This document shows positions 12,946 to 25,750 of a stretch of 64,000 bases of DNA, in pieces (position 1 is the first letter of the stretch; each line of letters begins with the position of its first letter). Under the pieces are notes generated by a model. That model was not told the origin of the DNA. It searched no databases and saw only the letters and a list, made by a program, of their open reading frames with translations. The DNA is taken from positions 4,154,001 to 4,218,000 of the forward strand of contig NC_047065.1 in assembly GCF_902459465.1 (NCBI RefSeq). The letters run 5' to 3'. Origin of the DNA: Asterias rubens (Eukaryota). Both the position numbers and the translations under genes were made by a program.

Positions 12946-13373
12946 TTCTGAACACGTTTTATTGAATTTAAGCAAAGAAATACGGTCAAGAAATGAAGCA
13001 CACTCTTGAGTTTCTCGCAGATAAAATACGTTCAATCTTCTTGTTGTCGGATCTAATTCTTCTTGCACATCGGGCATTTAAAAATGGCATTGCTTTTCGA
13101 GCGGTGCCACAGCTAACCAATCAAAATAAGGCTTTAAATTCAGTAAGCCAATCAAATGTTAGTTGTATTTACGCCCCGCCCATATTTAGAAAATGAACGG
13201 AACCATGGGAAATAAAAATGGCTGCGCCCATGAACAACCTTTATCCCAGGTATTGAAGAGTGCTTTTGGAGCTGGCACCTAATACACGTCACGGGGTGGA
13301 ATGAGCTGTTGAAAACGAAGTTGAAATCCATCTGCGTTTTTACTCAATCTCGCACAAAAATACTGTAGTAAAA
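12946..13373. promoter_or_regulatory. Bidirectional promoter/5'UTR region UBE2C-RAB5IF with CCAAT boxes (13117, 13148), GC box (13173-13181) and TTTAAA (13077-13082)
   Basis: Divergent ATGs 428 bp apart; motifs read directly; function inferred. Confidence 0.7.
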
Positions 13374-16271
13374 ATGGCAACTAAAAGAAGAAAGGGTGAA
13401 CAGGAAGAAACCAAACTCAGTTCAACGTCAGCGTGGAAACGAGCGATTGTATCAGGGTCAAAATGGCAGGAAAAGGTAAGCCATATAACCAAATTTAGAA
13501 CTATCTATTCTTACGGTCGGTTGCCAGTCGTGTTTCTGTGTGTGGGAACTTGCAAGTGGTTTTTGTCAATGCGCTAGCATGTTAGAAAACTTGCCACACA
13601 CAAACTCGGCACTCAGTAAAAATACCGACTCGGCATTTAAAAGACAGTAAGTAACCAATTTGAATATTCTAGTAGTCGGATAGTATTATTAATCAATATA
13701 TTTGAATAATTGTTTGTAATTGTTGTATATTATTATTATTGTTGCACGATCGACCGATTGCTGTGCGACCAATAGATATTTCAATAGCGCAGCGCGATCG
13801 GTCGATAGCGCCCAACGTAAGCACTTTAATTAATCCAACATATAAATAAAGTTTAAACTGACAAACCTGTAGAAGTTTGAGATCGATCGGCCATCTGGGG
13901 CATGAGAAAATAGTGAAAAACCGATTACAAATTTTGCATTGCACCGATGCCAAAATAAAAATGAATAAAACGCTCACTCAGTCACTGAGCGATAAACTCC
14001 AAACGCGAAGTTAGATTATTTATTTCTCATAAAATATGACATTTCAGACAGAAATATTTTGAGGGATGTTTTCTACTATCATCATCATTAGACTGTGTAA
14101 GTTTTATGTAAATCTGTGATCTTCACGATTTGTGTTTCAATTTTACCAATTGTGTAACGTTCCTTTAATTAATGTTCTGTCTGCTGAGCATCCGAGTACG
14201 ATCTCGAGTAGAACTTAGTTGCGATAACGTAACCCTCCTCCCGATGGCTGCCATTGAGCTCAACTTTTCACAGGTTTTTTATTTTATGCATGTGTTGAGA
14301 TACACCAAGTGAGAACACTGGTCTTTGACAATTACCAATAGTGTACCTTCCCTTTAAACTTTAAAGGGCTTCAAGAGCTTTTTAATGGTTAGACCACTTT
14401 CCCTATATAATTTTGAGATCTTTATCGACGACTTTCTTATAACTTTCTTTTAAAGATAATCAGACATAGGCCTATAATAAGAAATTTAAAGTTTGTGTGT
14501 TAATTCTATCATAGAGAAAAAGAAGTTTATTCACTTTATATTTCTGATGGTTTCTTGTGAAGGATGAATTTCTTGACGTGATCTACTGGGGGCGGCAGAT
14601 TGTGGCGATTCTATGTGGAGTCATCTGGGGAGTCATACCATTGAAAGGATTTCTAGGAATTGCTTTGTAAGTAGATACCATGTATAAGAAATATAATGTT
14701 AAAGAAAATAATGCACTACGACCACATTTCTCCTCTGTTCGGAGAGACTCGGAGCCACCTTGGCTTCCAGAGGTCTGGTAGCAAAGAGGACTTTCTTCAA
14801 GACTTACCTCCTCATCTTTTAAGATCCTCAACTTCATGCTCCTTGAGCAGTATCTCTATCAGCTTTTCTCCCTCAAGCAAACAGGTTGAATTCTCAGATC
14901 TTCAGGTTCATATTTGTTAGTGGAACTAAGAACTAGAACCTTTGTCGGGTCACTATAGTGTCCACCTGATCCCAAAAAGGTTAATGGGATCTGCTGCCCC
15001 TGGTCTTGGCCTTGATTGATGCCTTTTCTAAAGTTTCCCATAGACTTGAGGATTTTCCAATATAAGTGGCTTGCTCTCTCAATGATGAAATTCTATGCCT
15101 ACGTGTAGTTCTTCAGGCATACTTTAAAATCCATTCCTCAAACTGCTCAATTAATGTGAGAGCACCATCAAGTTGACTCACTTTAGTGCCGAGTGTTAGT
15201 CAAATAAAATCTATTCTCAACCCTCAAGTCCCATCTATACACAGAGGTGAGGGGAGGCAACTAATGGTTACTTGCATCTTGTGTGAACATTTGTTAGGTA
15301 CACCAGGGATATGATTTGCTTTCATGTAGTATTTTTTCTTTATGTGTGTACAAATAATTGAATGGGTTTTTAATCTTCTGATTGCAGATTTTGTGCTGCC
15401 AGTGCAGGAATATTATACGTTTACTTCACAAGTTTCCAAGGCGTTGATGAAGAAGATTATGGAGGAGTCTGGGAACTCACTAAAGAAGGATTTATGTCTT
15501 CATTTGCATTATTTCTGGTAAGAATAAAGACATTTTACATTTTGGCTTATACGGGCGAGAGCACTACACTGACATTGTATACTGTACACATTGTTAGGTT
15601 CACAGGTTCCTTCAAAACCACAAGTACTCACCGCAGAATGCTTGCATTGTCTTTCCACCAACCTTCAGGTTCTATTAAGTATTAAAGGGTCTATGTAACT
15701 TTTGTAGGACAAAAAACACAATGTCCACAGATTTACACTAAACTTACACCGTTTAAAGATAATGATAGTAGAAAGCTTCCCTGAAAATATTACGTGCTGA
15801 GGTGCTGTAGTTTTTGGGAAATGAGTAAAACAATGTCATGAAACGAAAATTATTTTAATCATTTACAACCATATTTTCATGACATTGTTTTACTCATTTC
15901 TCAAAAACTACAGCACCTCAGTAAGTAATATTTTCAGGGAAGCTTTCTACTATCATTATCTTCAAACCTTGTAGATTTAATGTTAATCTATGGACATTTT
16001 GAAAAAGTACCCAAATCCTTTAAGGGTATCTTTATTTTGTCACTCATTTCCTTTAACTTGCATTTACATGTATACTGTTAATTTTCTCATGCTGTATTTT
16101 GTATTGACCCTTGGCCAAATAAATGTTAGTAATTATATCAATATTTTAATTTCTAGCACATTGCTATAAAGTTTGTTATGGTTTTATTACAACGCTTAAT
16201 TGTTATTATTACTTATTTTTATTCAACAGGTCATTTGGATAATAGTGTATTCGGCATTATTCTTTGACTGA
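13374..16271 (+). CDS. RAB5IF: RAB5IF / C20orf24 / OPTI orthologue (EMC6-family small membrane protein); join(13374..13475,14563..14666,15388..15517,16230..16271), 125 aa
   Basis: ...WQEK|DEFLDVIYWGRQIVAILCGVIWGVIPLKGFLGIAL|FCAASAGILYVYF...VDEEDYGGVWELTKEGFMSSFALFL|VIWIIVYSALFFD*, matching recalled human RAB5IF motif by motif; 378 nt in phase. Confidence 0.95.
15682..16023. mobile_element. Near-fully palindromic TTAA-flanked (Kolobok-like) MITE; further copies about 14005-14168, 18434-18855, 21098-21467
   Basis: TTAA-AGGGTCTATGTA ... GTACCCAAATCCT-TTAA; the two halves are reverse complements over about 150 bp. Confidence 0.8.
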
Positions 16272-16409
16272 CACATCCCACTTCTAGACTCCTTCCATCA
16301 ACCAATCAAGATCATCAGTTTTCCCACAGGAGGTCAGCCATCCAATAATAGAAAAGCCATTTAGGCACTTTGAGCTGGACAGGTTTGCTCAAATGAAAAT
16401 AGCGGATTC

Positions 16410-16640
16410 TTATACAGCGCTCGTGATGCTCATGGCGCTCCAACATTATTACCCCTGGTCACTGGGCCGTTTACTTAATTCCTTTTAAAACCGTCTCAGC
16501 TCCATTGGGAGTATAAAGCCTATGCTACCAAATATGTAACCCTAGGGCACCATGACAAGAGCCATCTCTGCCACCACAGGTACCCATTTACACATGGGTG
16601 TATGAAAAACAATTATAAGTTACTTGTCTTGCTCAAGCAC
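16410..16640 (-). mobile_element. SINE body fragment (reverse complement of the body at 31595-31770) downstream of the RAB5IF stop
   Basis: Shares AATGGGTACC, GCTGAGAYGGTTTAA and GGCCCAGTGAC..GGGGTAATAATGT blocks with 31452-31790. Confidence 0.6.
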
Positions 16641-16874
16641 ACAAGTGTTTATGAGCTACCTGTATCTCATCAGTTCATGATATTACTAAAAGAAAAACCC
16701 ACCCCTGCTCTCTCTGTTCGTGGTCTTTGAGTTACCTTCAAGCATGGAGGTAAAAATACCTCCTTCAAGCATTGGAGGTAGAAATACCTCCATGCTTCAA
16801 GTAACTACTTCGCTAACATATTTTTCCTTTTTACTTAATGCACCTTGTCTTGATAAAACCTTTTAGCTACCCAA

Positions 16875-17070
16875 TACTTATCAATCAATCAATCAATCAG
16901 AGGAAACTAATATAGCGCCAAAATTAACCAAAGTTGTTCAAAGGCGATCAAGACAGTTGGATGAAGTTAACGTTGATACACTTGTTGGAATAGAAAACAA
17001 TTGAGGAGTTTCTTGAAAATGTGAACAGTGCTAGCATCCTTGATGTTGTTAGGGAGAGTGTTAAGTGATG
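16875..17070 (-). mobile_element. L2-clade LINE 3' end fragment
   Basis: Minus strand reads NTLPNNIKDASTVHIFKKLL (L2 ORF2 C-terminal motif), followed by GCGCTATAT and an (ATTG)n tail. Confidence 0.6.
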
Positions 17071-19458
17071 ACAATTGCCAATATATAGTTACAGGTTGAT
17101 CTGCTTTTAAATGGCACCCTCGAACAACGATATTGACAAAATGGGGAAACTACCAACTTCAGGGCTAGATAGCTCAGTTGGTGGAGCCCCATTGCAGTAA
17201 TCCCGAGGTGGAAGGTTCAAATCCCCCCTCTAGTAATTTTGTCTTTCATCGTCCAACCCAAAATTTATGTGTAAAACAGTTGGAGGTAATTACAGTAGAA
17301 GAACACGTTCCTTCACTCCTGCTTTGCACCTTTCTTTTTTGTTATCTTCTCCATGATTTATTTTTGTTCAGTCTTCATGTATTTACCGACCATTGGTTGC
17401 CTTTGCGTAGGGCAAACCTCAGGTGAACTTCTTGATAAACACGGTATTTAACAAACCATGTACAAGTTGTTAATATTATTAGAACATTTTATTAGTTGTA
17501 ATTAAACATAACCACTCTTACTGCCAACAAAAATAGCATCACAATGAGCAGAGCCAAATAATGTCTCTTTGGGGACTGCACTGTGCTCCAATATCCCAGT
17601 GTTGTGAAACCCCTACAGTGTGAGTCAAAAAGAAGTTAACCGAGATTTGTGGTTTAAAAACAAAACAACCGGCAAACCCTCAAAACCCTAGTGAAGCATA
17701 TTGTTAAACAAACATTCTTTCCTGCTTATCTGAAGAAAAAAAGAGAAGTTATGCCAGTTTTACTGAAAGCACTCATGTTTGTAGCTGTACATGGAATGTT
17801 AATGCTAGACTGAATCTAAACATCTGAGTAAAGTAGCAAAGGGTTTATTATACTTTAAAAAAAACTTGTTCATTTTTTTTGTCAAGTATTCCGTGGACAG
17901 CTTGCAAAATGAGTACCTTTATTGAAATAGATATAACTCCTCTTAGGAATGATCAATTTCTTTCATTCTTTATTTTACTAATAAGCAGTAGAGAGTTTTT
18001 GTTAAATATATGCTTTAATGAACTTTTGAGTGTCATTTGTTTGTTTTGAAAAACATCACAAATTCCGGTCACTTTCTTTTTAACTCGCCCTGTATGTTCT
18101 GATAACCTCTGGTCCCCTCATAAACTCCATGCAAGGGATTGGGTTAGAGTAAGGATTAGGATTTGTAAAATACATTATGGGGTGTTGTTATTTATATCCT
18201 TTCATTAAAACTCAAATCATCAAAATGTAAATGTGCACTTTGTCTAAGACCATCTGTAAATAAATTTGAGGTTTAAAAGAAATTTTTGAATTGTGTTCTG
18301 CTGTCAGTCTGTTCTGTTTATAACTTGCGCCATGAGCATCTTGTGTCATGGATACCAGCACTTTATAAATATTCATATTATTATTATTATTTAATAAAAA
18401 AACCAATTTGTGTTTTGATGAAGCATTGCTTGATTAAAAGGGTCTATGTACTTTTTCCCAACACAAAACACAATGTCCACAGATTTACATTAACTTACAG
18501 TTTGAAGATGATAGTAGAAAGCTTCCCTTGACATTTTACTTACTGAGGTGCTGTAGTTTTTGAGAAACGAGTAAAACAAATAATTTTTGTCTCAGTCTTA
18601 ACATGTAAAAACGTATTAACCAGTTATGCTATGGTTATGGTATAATATCATAACTGGTAAATGGGATTTTACATGCTAAAATAATTTTCATCTTCCTGAG
18701 ACGAAAATTATAATATTGTGACTTGTTTTACTCATTTCTCAAAAACTACAGAACCTCAGTAATATTTGAAGGGAAGCTTTCCACTATCATTATCTTCAAA
18801 CCCTGTAAGTTTAATGTAAATCTGTGGACATTTTGAAAAAGTACCCGAATCCTATGATGCATTATATTTGTTACATCCCCTGTGAAGACATCTTTTGTTC
18901 TTCCCTTTGTCCCTGTAGTTACCTTTGTACCTCCTGCAGACATTTCCACAAAATTCCTTGTGAAGCACCCACTATGGAGACCTTTTGTGTTCCTTTTTCT
19001 GTTTTGTTCCCGGTCTCCATGGGGGATTGAATATGAAATCAGACTAAATGTCTCACTTCAAAAATTACACATTCCCTACACTTATCACACACACACATTT
19101 AATTTGAAACAACAAATCAGTGATTTAATTCTTCCCATGACTATGAAGTAACCCTTATAAAACAGTTTAAAAAAAATAACAACTGTTGTTTCATAAAGTT
19201 CTCAGTAAAACTTACTTTTACAAAAAGTATTAATAATCTAAAATATAAATATTAATATTATAATTATTTTGTTGTGCGTGATTAAGGCAGTCTCTGTACA
19301 GGTAGACAAATACCAGTGTAAAACATAGATACAAGGAGAATTATATATTATTAAAAAAACAACAAATTCTTAGTTAGAAGATAAGATTTTTAAAAAAAGT
19401 GTTTCAACAAAGTAGAAGTAAAACTAAAATGGGTTAAACCCCCGCACCATAGATAACT

Positions 19459-19825
19459 TTAAAGACAGTGGACACTATTGGTAATTGTCAAAGACCAGTC
19501 TTCTCACTTGGTGTATCTCAACATATGCATAAAATAACCAACCTGTAAAAACTTGAGCTCAATTGGTCATCGAAGTTGCAAGATAATAATGAAAAAAAAA
19601 CACCCTGGTCACACGAAGTTGTGTGCTTTCAGATGCTTTCTAAATATGAGGTCTTGAAATCAAATTTGTGGAAAGATACTTCTTTCTCGAAAACTACGTC
19701 ACTTCAGAGGGACCCGTTTCAAACAATGTTTTATACTATCAACCTCTCCCCATTACTTGTTACCAAGTGAGGTTTTATGCTAATAATTATTTTGATTAAT
19801 TACCAATAGTGTCCACTGCCTTTAA
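19459..19825 (+). mobile_element. Dominant ~370-390 bp Kolobok-like MITE (TTAA-AGGCAGTGGACACTATTGGTAATT TIR). Other full or partial copies: 1-83, 4639-4790, 21708-22094, 22091-22466, 29577-29953, 29955-30296, 35903-36150, 36177-36556, 38990-39352, 40059-40446, 42605-42905, 43758-44174, 47844-48226, 55180-55230, 56234-56620, 56998-57320, 61295-61683, 62252-62623
   Basis: 28-bp inverted termini, TTAA on both sides, AG/GG start after TTAA (Kolobok rather than piggyBac pattern), highly similar internal sequence in all copies, no transposase ORF. Confidence 0.9.
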
Positions 19826-20746
19826 TCAAAACAATTAGACAACAGGCCTCGAAATACCCCAGGGCACCACAGGAATTGCTGTGGTGCCCTGTGCTTTTGC
19901 TCTGGTGCCCTTTGCTCTGGTGCCCTTTGCAAAGCTCCAATACAAGCGGACATTTTCCTCATTGAAGTACCCCCTTACCAGAGGGCAATTGCTGTGCCCC
20001 TTCAACAAGAAATTTCAAGGTCTAGGATGCTGCCTTTTATTATAAACTATAAGAGAAATGGACTTGGTAATTATGAATTTATTTTGTGGCTGAACAAAGA
20101 AAATTGTGACCTCTGGAATTAAAACAAAACTGTTTTTATAATTATTTGTTTTCCCAATTCATCTGGCGGACACACAGCATTAAGATTCAACTCAAAACTC
20201 AAATGACTTTTCTTTCTATTGTTAACATGAATATCTTTGTTGGTAATTTGATACCTTTAATGTTAAACTTTTGTGAAAGGTTAACATTAAACTGACTGTG
20301 CTTTGATTCTGCCGTACGCATTTCTGAAACAATCTCAACTCCTTAGAAGTATGCAGCATCGGCTGCCAACCAAATTAGCGCACATATTGCTAAACATTAA
20401 CCATCTATAACCTTGCAGGTATAAACTGTTAAGAGAATCATCTTTGCATTGTTTCTATTGCACACAAAGTTAGTGAAAAATACTAGTGGCAGTTGCAGAA
20501 TAATTTGGGTCTTATTGCAAGGGTCATGGGTTCGAATCCCACCCGAGTAATACGACTGTGATTTTTTCACAGGGCTCAGGAACGTACTGAGTATTTAGTG
20601 CTTACACACATCGGTGTATGGGTAAAAACCAAAAGTGATATAATTTGACTCTACCTTTATTTTGCATTCTTTGGTATCATAAGACAAAATGTGTCACCTG
20701 AGTTTACACCTGAATGAAGATATTTACGGAGTAAATAAAATGACGA

Positions 20747-23700
20747 TCAGTCAACTTCGTCACAGATATCTCCAATGATGCCATTGAAGGCAGTCGTTCG
20801 ATCCGCATATACATGATGACCAGCTTCCTTAAGAACCTAAAAAAATGAAAAAGCAGAAATTGCAATTATCTACAGAGATTCCGCAGATTGTCAAGTGTAG
20901 AGTTCGGGCAAACGTTTTGGTTCAGCGGGTCTTATGTGTTTATGCTTCGTTTTTTAAAGGGCATGGGTACCAATGCATTTTCTCCTTGGTAAAGGGCACC
21001 CTATGAGAAAATTGTAAATTTTCACTGGATCATTTCAAGAGCACCAAGGCAAAGGCCAGGGGCATGGAGGCATTCGCCTTCATTGCCTCCGTGAGATAAA
21101 GGGTTTTTACACCTTTTACAGATCATTTTTTTGGCCATGATATGAATCCCTCCCTTCTCACTCTGAATGAAGATGTATGTAATATAATTAACCTGTAGAA
21201 GTTTCAGCTTTATTGGTTGTCAAGTTTTTGAGAGGAAAAAGGAAAATCACAGAGCAAGGTTTTCAGGAGAGTCACGTAAAGCCATGAACATGCCCAAACT
21301 AAATTCCTGTGAAAGTGTTTTACTTATTTCCCAAAAATGTACAGCACCTCAGTAAGTATTATTTCATTGGAAGCTTTCTTCAATCCTTATCTTCAAACCA
21401 GGTATGTTTAAATGTAAGCCTGTGGACGATTGTGTTTTCTGTCGTACAGAGTACCCAAATCCTTTAAACAGAGAATTGTTCTGAAACTTACGTGGACCTT
21501 GGTGTACGCATCTTTCCTTATGTCTTTCAACTTTTCTCCTCCTGCTTTGTTCATCCACGAGTCTTCACCGTAGATCGCTGTGACGGGGACATTCTTAGAT
21601 AGTTGCTCTACTCGTCTCACCATGGGGTTAACAGCCCAGCCCAACATCTGGGACATAGACTTGAAGGCCTCTTCACCACTAATATTTAAAAACAATTAAA
21701 AAGTTGTTTAAAGACACTGGACACTATTGGTAATTGTCAAAGACTAGCCTTTACAGTTGGTGTATCTCAACATGTGCATAAAATAACAAACCTGTGAAAA
21801 ATTGAGCTCAATCGGTCGTCGAAGTTGCAAGATAATAATGAAAGAAATAAACACCTCTGTCACACGAAGTTGTGTGCTTTCAGATGCTTGATTACGAGAC
21901 CTTGATTCTAAATCTGAGGTCTCGAAATCAAATTCGTGGAAAATTACTTCTTTCTCAAAAACTACTTTACTTCAGAGGGAGCCATTTCTAACAATGTTTA
22001 ATACTATCAACCTATCCCCATTACTCGTTACCAAGAAAGGTTTTATGAGAATAATTATTTTGAGTAATTACCAAATAGTGTCCACTGCCTTTAAAGGCAC
22101 TGGACACTATTGGTTATTACTCGCAATAATTGTTAGCATAAAAGCCTACCCGGTAACAGGCAATGGAGAGCTGTTGATAGTATAAAACATTGTGAGAAAC
22201 AGCTCCCCTCTGAAGTAAATAGATTTTGAGGAAGAGGTAATTTCTCACTAAAATAATAAACGACTTCTGGCCTGAAGCCTTTTATTAGGCATCTGAACGC
22301 ACATAAATTTGTTTAAGAAAGGGTCTTGTTTGTTTCATTATCCTCTTGCAACTGTGACGACCAATTGATTCCCAATTTTTACAGATTTGTTATTTTAAAC
22401 ATAATGTTGGGAAACACCAAGTGAGAAAACTGGTCTTTACTAAAGATGTCCAACTGGTGCCTTTAAGCAGCTCAATGAAATTGGGCATGTAGACTAATAT
22501 GTACCTTGGCTGTTGTGCATTGCAGTGGTAGATGTAGGTGCAGATGCGATCATCATCAAAAAGCTTGATGAACTTTTTGCTGAGATCTCCACGAGCTCGC
22601 TTGAGGAGACGGGGACCTGAAGAATAAAGGAAGATTTTATGATATACTTCAAGATCTGTTTCATTGCCGGCTACGGCTACAGCCGTTGGTAAGGGTGTTG
22701 TCTAGGGGCGTTTCTCGAACCTCGACTTGGGCTAGAGGCTCTGTGTGCTGATGTTCAAGCAATACTCGCTCCTCTAAAATGCAGGTTCAAGGCCGAGCTG
22801 CACGCGCAGCATGCAGAGCCTAAGCCTGAGATGGAGCCAAAGCCGAAGTTTAAGAAAGGCCCAAGGACATCGCACACTCCAATTCACAGTGATGTGGTGA
22901 CCAAGCCATAGCCAGAGCCGCCAATTTGGGCATGTTAGACAGACAATCAATTGTCAACCCGTTTGCAGGTAAATCAAATTTCTTTGGGGCTAACCACACA
23001 ACCACGCAGCGCCAGGCCTGTATACTTACAAGGTTAAGGGGCAAGTCCTGTTTTTTTAAATGAATTCAGATTTAAATGAATTCAGACTCAAGACAAGCTT
23101 TTAGCTAGATATTGACCAAATTTGAGCTCTACCACTTATTTCAAAAAGGGTTAAAAGTGTAGAAATTTCTGCAGGCAAACATCTAGACCTAAGTTCATCA
23201 GCTTACCAACAAAATTACCCGCTTAACGTGCCCTGTTAAGCCAAGATTTCATGAAAATCGGCCATGGGCTCATAACAATTTTTTGTTGTTGAAATGTGCT
23301 TACCCCAAGGACCAGCAGCTCTTATACTGGACAGTGGATTGAATGCTGTTGCCACCGCCCCAATGGCCCTGATCCACAGTGGGAATCGAAGCTCTTCTGC
23401 AGGGGGCTTCTCACTGAACCCCCACGGGTCAGCCAGCACCAGATGTTGTACCCTCTCCGGGTGTTGTATGCTATAGGAGTATGTCAAATACCCACCGAGG
23501 CTATGACCGACCAGCACCATTTTTTCAATGCCGACTTTGCTCCGCCATTTCTCCATCGCATCGACAAATTCTTTCTCAGCGAGCTCAGGATCGTTGGGCA
23601 TCTTTGGTCTAGAACTGCGACCAAAGCCAAGCATGTCGAAGGCATAGAGGGGTTGTTTTTCGGATAAGGCATCAAGGTTGAGGGACCACAATCCAACTCC

Positions 23701-25750
23701 GCTAGCAAATCCATGGACTAGGACGATGGGTGTTTTGTCCGAGGCCTCACTAGGATTCAGTTTGATAGTCCATAGTTTATCCTCACTGTTTATTGGCACA
23801 AATTTACCCTCATATTTAGTTTTGATACCTGAGAACAAAAGAACAATTGACTTTATCATGAATATTTTTAAAATAAAAGACAGTATCACAACAAATAAAT
23901 TGCTGACATATTTGGTAGGTTTACTTTGTATGAAGACTTAATTTTGTTGGAAAGCGCTCAAGAAAAATATAAAAAAATTGTTTGTGTTGTACACCAAAAC
24001 CAAACAGTACACTACCAAATTGTCTTGTAAAAGAATTTTTCTTTTCCATTTAGGCAAATTTATTTATTTATTTAGTTGTATGGTACAAAACATCAAAATG
24101 TATTTTGGTTAAATAAATTCAAAATTTATAGAGGGAGAGTTTGTGTACTTGATGAAGTCTACAAATGTATATCACATAGATTTTGGCTATCAGAGGCCCT
24201 AAAAGATATTGTCCAAGGGTATTCTACAAGAGGACCCTTTTTCAGGCATTCTGTAACAGACCTTATCGCAAATACTCGGGCGCACGTTAGGCGTGGAATT
24301 AGGTGCATTCTGATCTAGCTACGGATAAAATTTGATTGCTAGCTAGACCAGAATGCACCTCATTCAACAGTGAGTGCTTGCGGAATGGGTATTTGCGAAA
24401 AGGTCTATAGCAATCATAGATAGCCGAAAATATACCCCAACCCACCCAGGGGGGGGGGGGGGGGGCGGGTTAAGTGAACGGGTGGATTTCACAAAGAGTT
24501 AGGACTAGTCTTATCTCGAGTTAGGACTAGTCTTATCTCGAGTTAGGACTAGTTACTCATCCTAACTTAGGACTATCCATGCTATTTGTATATCTCTTAG
24601 GACTAGTCCTAAGTTAGGACTAGTCCTAACTCTTTGTGAAATCGACCCCAGGGCTAAAAAAATTGCAGACTTTTTTAGAGGAAGAACAGGCTCACATGAT
24701 AAGATACTTTCTTCCGCTTGCTGAAGTAACTTTGCAGAAGTTGGACTCCATCTCCCCCATGTTCTGTTGCTAAACCATCCAGAGCTGCAAAACAAGTTTA
24801 AAGCAAAGAAAATGAAGATTTCGGATAACTTTCCGTATGGCGCCACCACTTGTTCACTAATTTTTACAAAAAGGGATATCTCATTGAGGTAAATTAGATA
24901 CTATATTATTTCATATTGAAAGAAAAAGTGATGGCGCCATACGGACACTTTTCCAAGATTTCCTTTATTTATAAGTAAACATAAATGACTTAACTTTTTT
25001 GGAACAATGGATTTTAACAGATAGTTTTCTGAAACTTGAATGAAAGTTTCCTTATTTTAAAATTAAAAGTGAATGTAAACAAGGAAAATGACCATCCAAC
25101 ATTCATCCTGCACTGGTCTTTTGTCACCACATTGTTTTTTTTTGTGATAATCAAAATTACGATTAATCACAGCAACTTATAATATTTTGAATCCATACAG
25201 AACATGATGAATGCAGTTTAGATCAATTTCAAATCAATTACATTCACTTTATTTCCAGTCCAATTCAGGTTAACAATACACAAGATGATTTAGGTAAATA
25301 GTAAGCAAAGCAATACAATTATAAAATATGTAATGTTAATTAGTTGCGATAACGTAACCCTCCTCCCGACAGCAGGGGGAGGGTTACACTATTGCAACTA
25401 TTATGTTAATACAATTATTAGTTGCGATAATGTAACCCTCCTCGCGGTTGTCGGGAGGAGGGTTACGTTATTGCAACTATACAATGATGTAATACAATAT
25501 TATACTTATTAAAACAAACATTTACAGTCATACAATTTAGTTAATACGAACATAAAATACAAAATCAAAACCAAAACAAAACACATGGTCAATAAATTGA
25601 GATGGAGATTACAAAAATGCAAGCAAATCAATTAAAAATAAATAGTAACCTTTCTTCATTATTGTTTGAAATATCTTGGTCAGATTCAGAGGACACCATC
25701 CGTTGTGAATCCACTTCTCCCTCAGCGATTGGTGCAGACATTGTTGTCAT
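20747..25750 (-). CDS. ABHD4: ABHD4/ABHD5 (CGI-58) family alpha/beta hydrolase; complement(join(20747..20836,21492..21678,22505..22616,23304..23828,24696..24784,25650..25750)), 367 aa
   Basis: PIVLVHGFASGVGLW, AFDMLGFGRSSRP, LVGHSLGGY (Ser nucleophile), LADPWG, YIYHCNAQQPSGEEAF, GHHVYAD; 1104 nt, all GT-AG in phase. The start could be ATG 25750 or 25741. Confidence 0.94.
24481..24650. mobile_element. Foldback MITE (GGATTTCACAAAGAG termini) with internal 22-bp tandem repeats; related copy about 42906-43005
   Basis: Inverted ends; GAGTTAGGACTAGTCTTATCTC repeated in tandem. Confidence 0.75.
24823..24954. mobile_element. 8-bp-TSD MITE (same family as 12564), ABHD4/5 intron 1
   Basis: AAGATTTC at 24815-24822 and 24955-24962. 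Confidence 0.85.
25341..25479. repeat. Two adjacent ~60-bp hairpin mini-elements (TAGTTGCGATAACGTAACCCTCCTCCC arms); more at 14216-14252, 26782-26843, 27005-27054, 27111-27140
   Basis: Arms and their reverse complements read directly. Confidence 0.8.

Noticed and set aside
23829-23889. ORF-track N-terminal extensions (MILSFILKIF... at 23889; 25751-26110; 12946-13077)
   Set aside because: These are intron or 5' UTR read-through; true exon boundaries are set by splice sites and homology.
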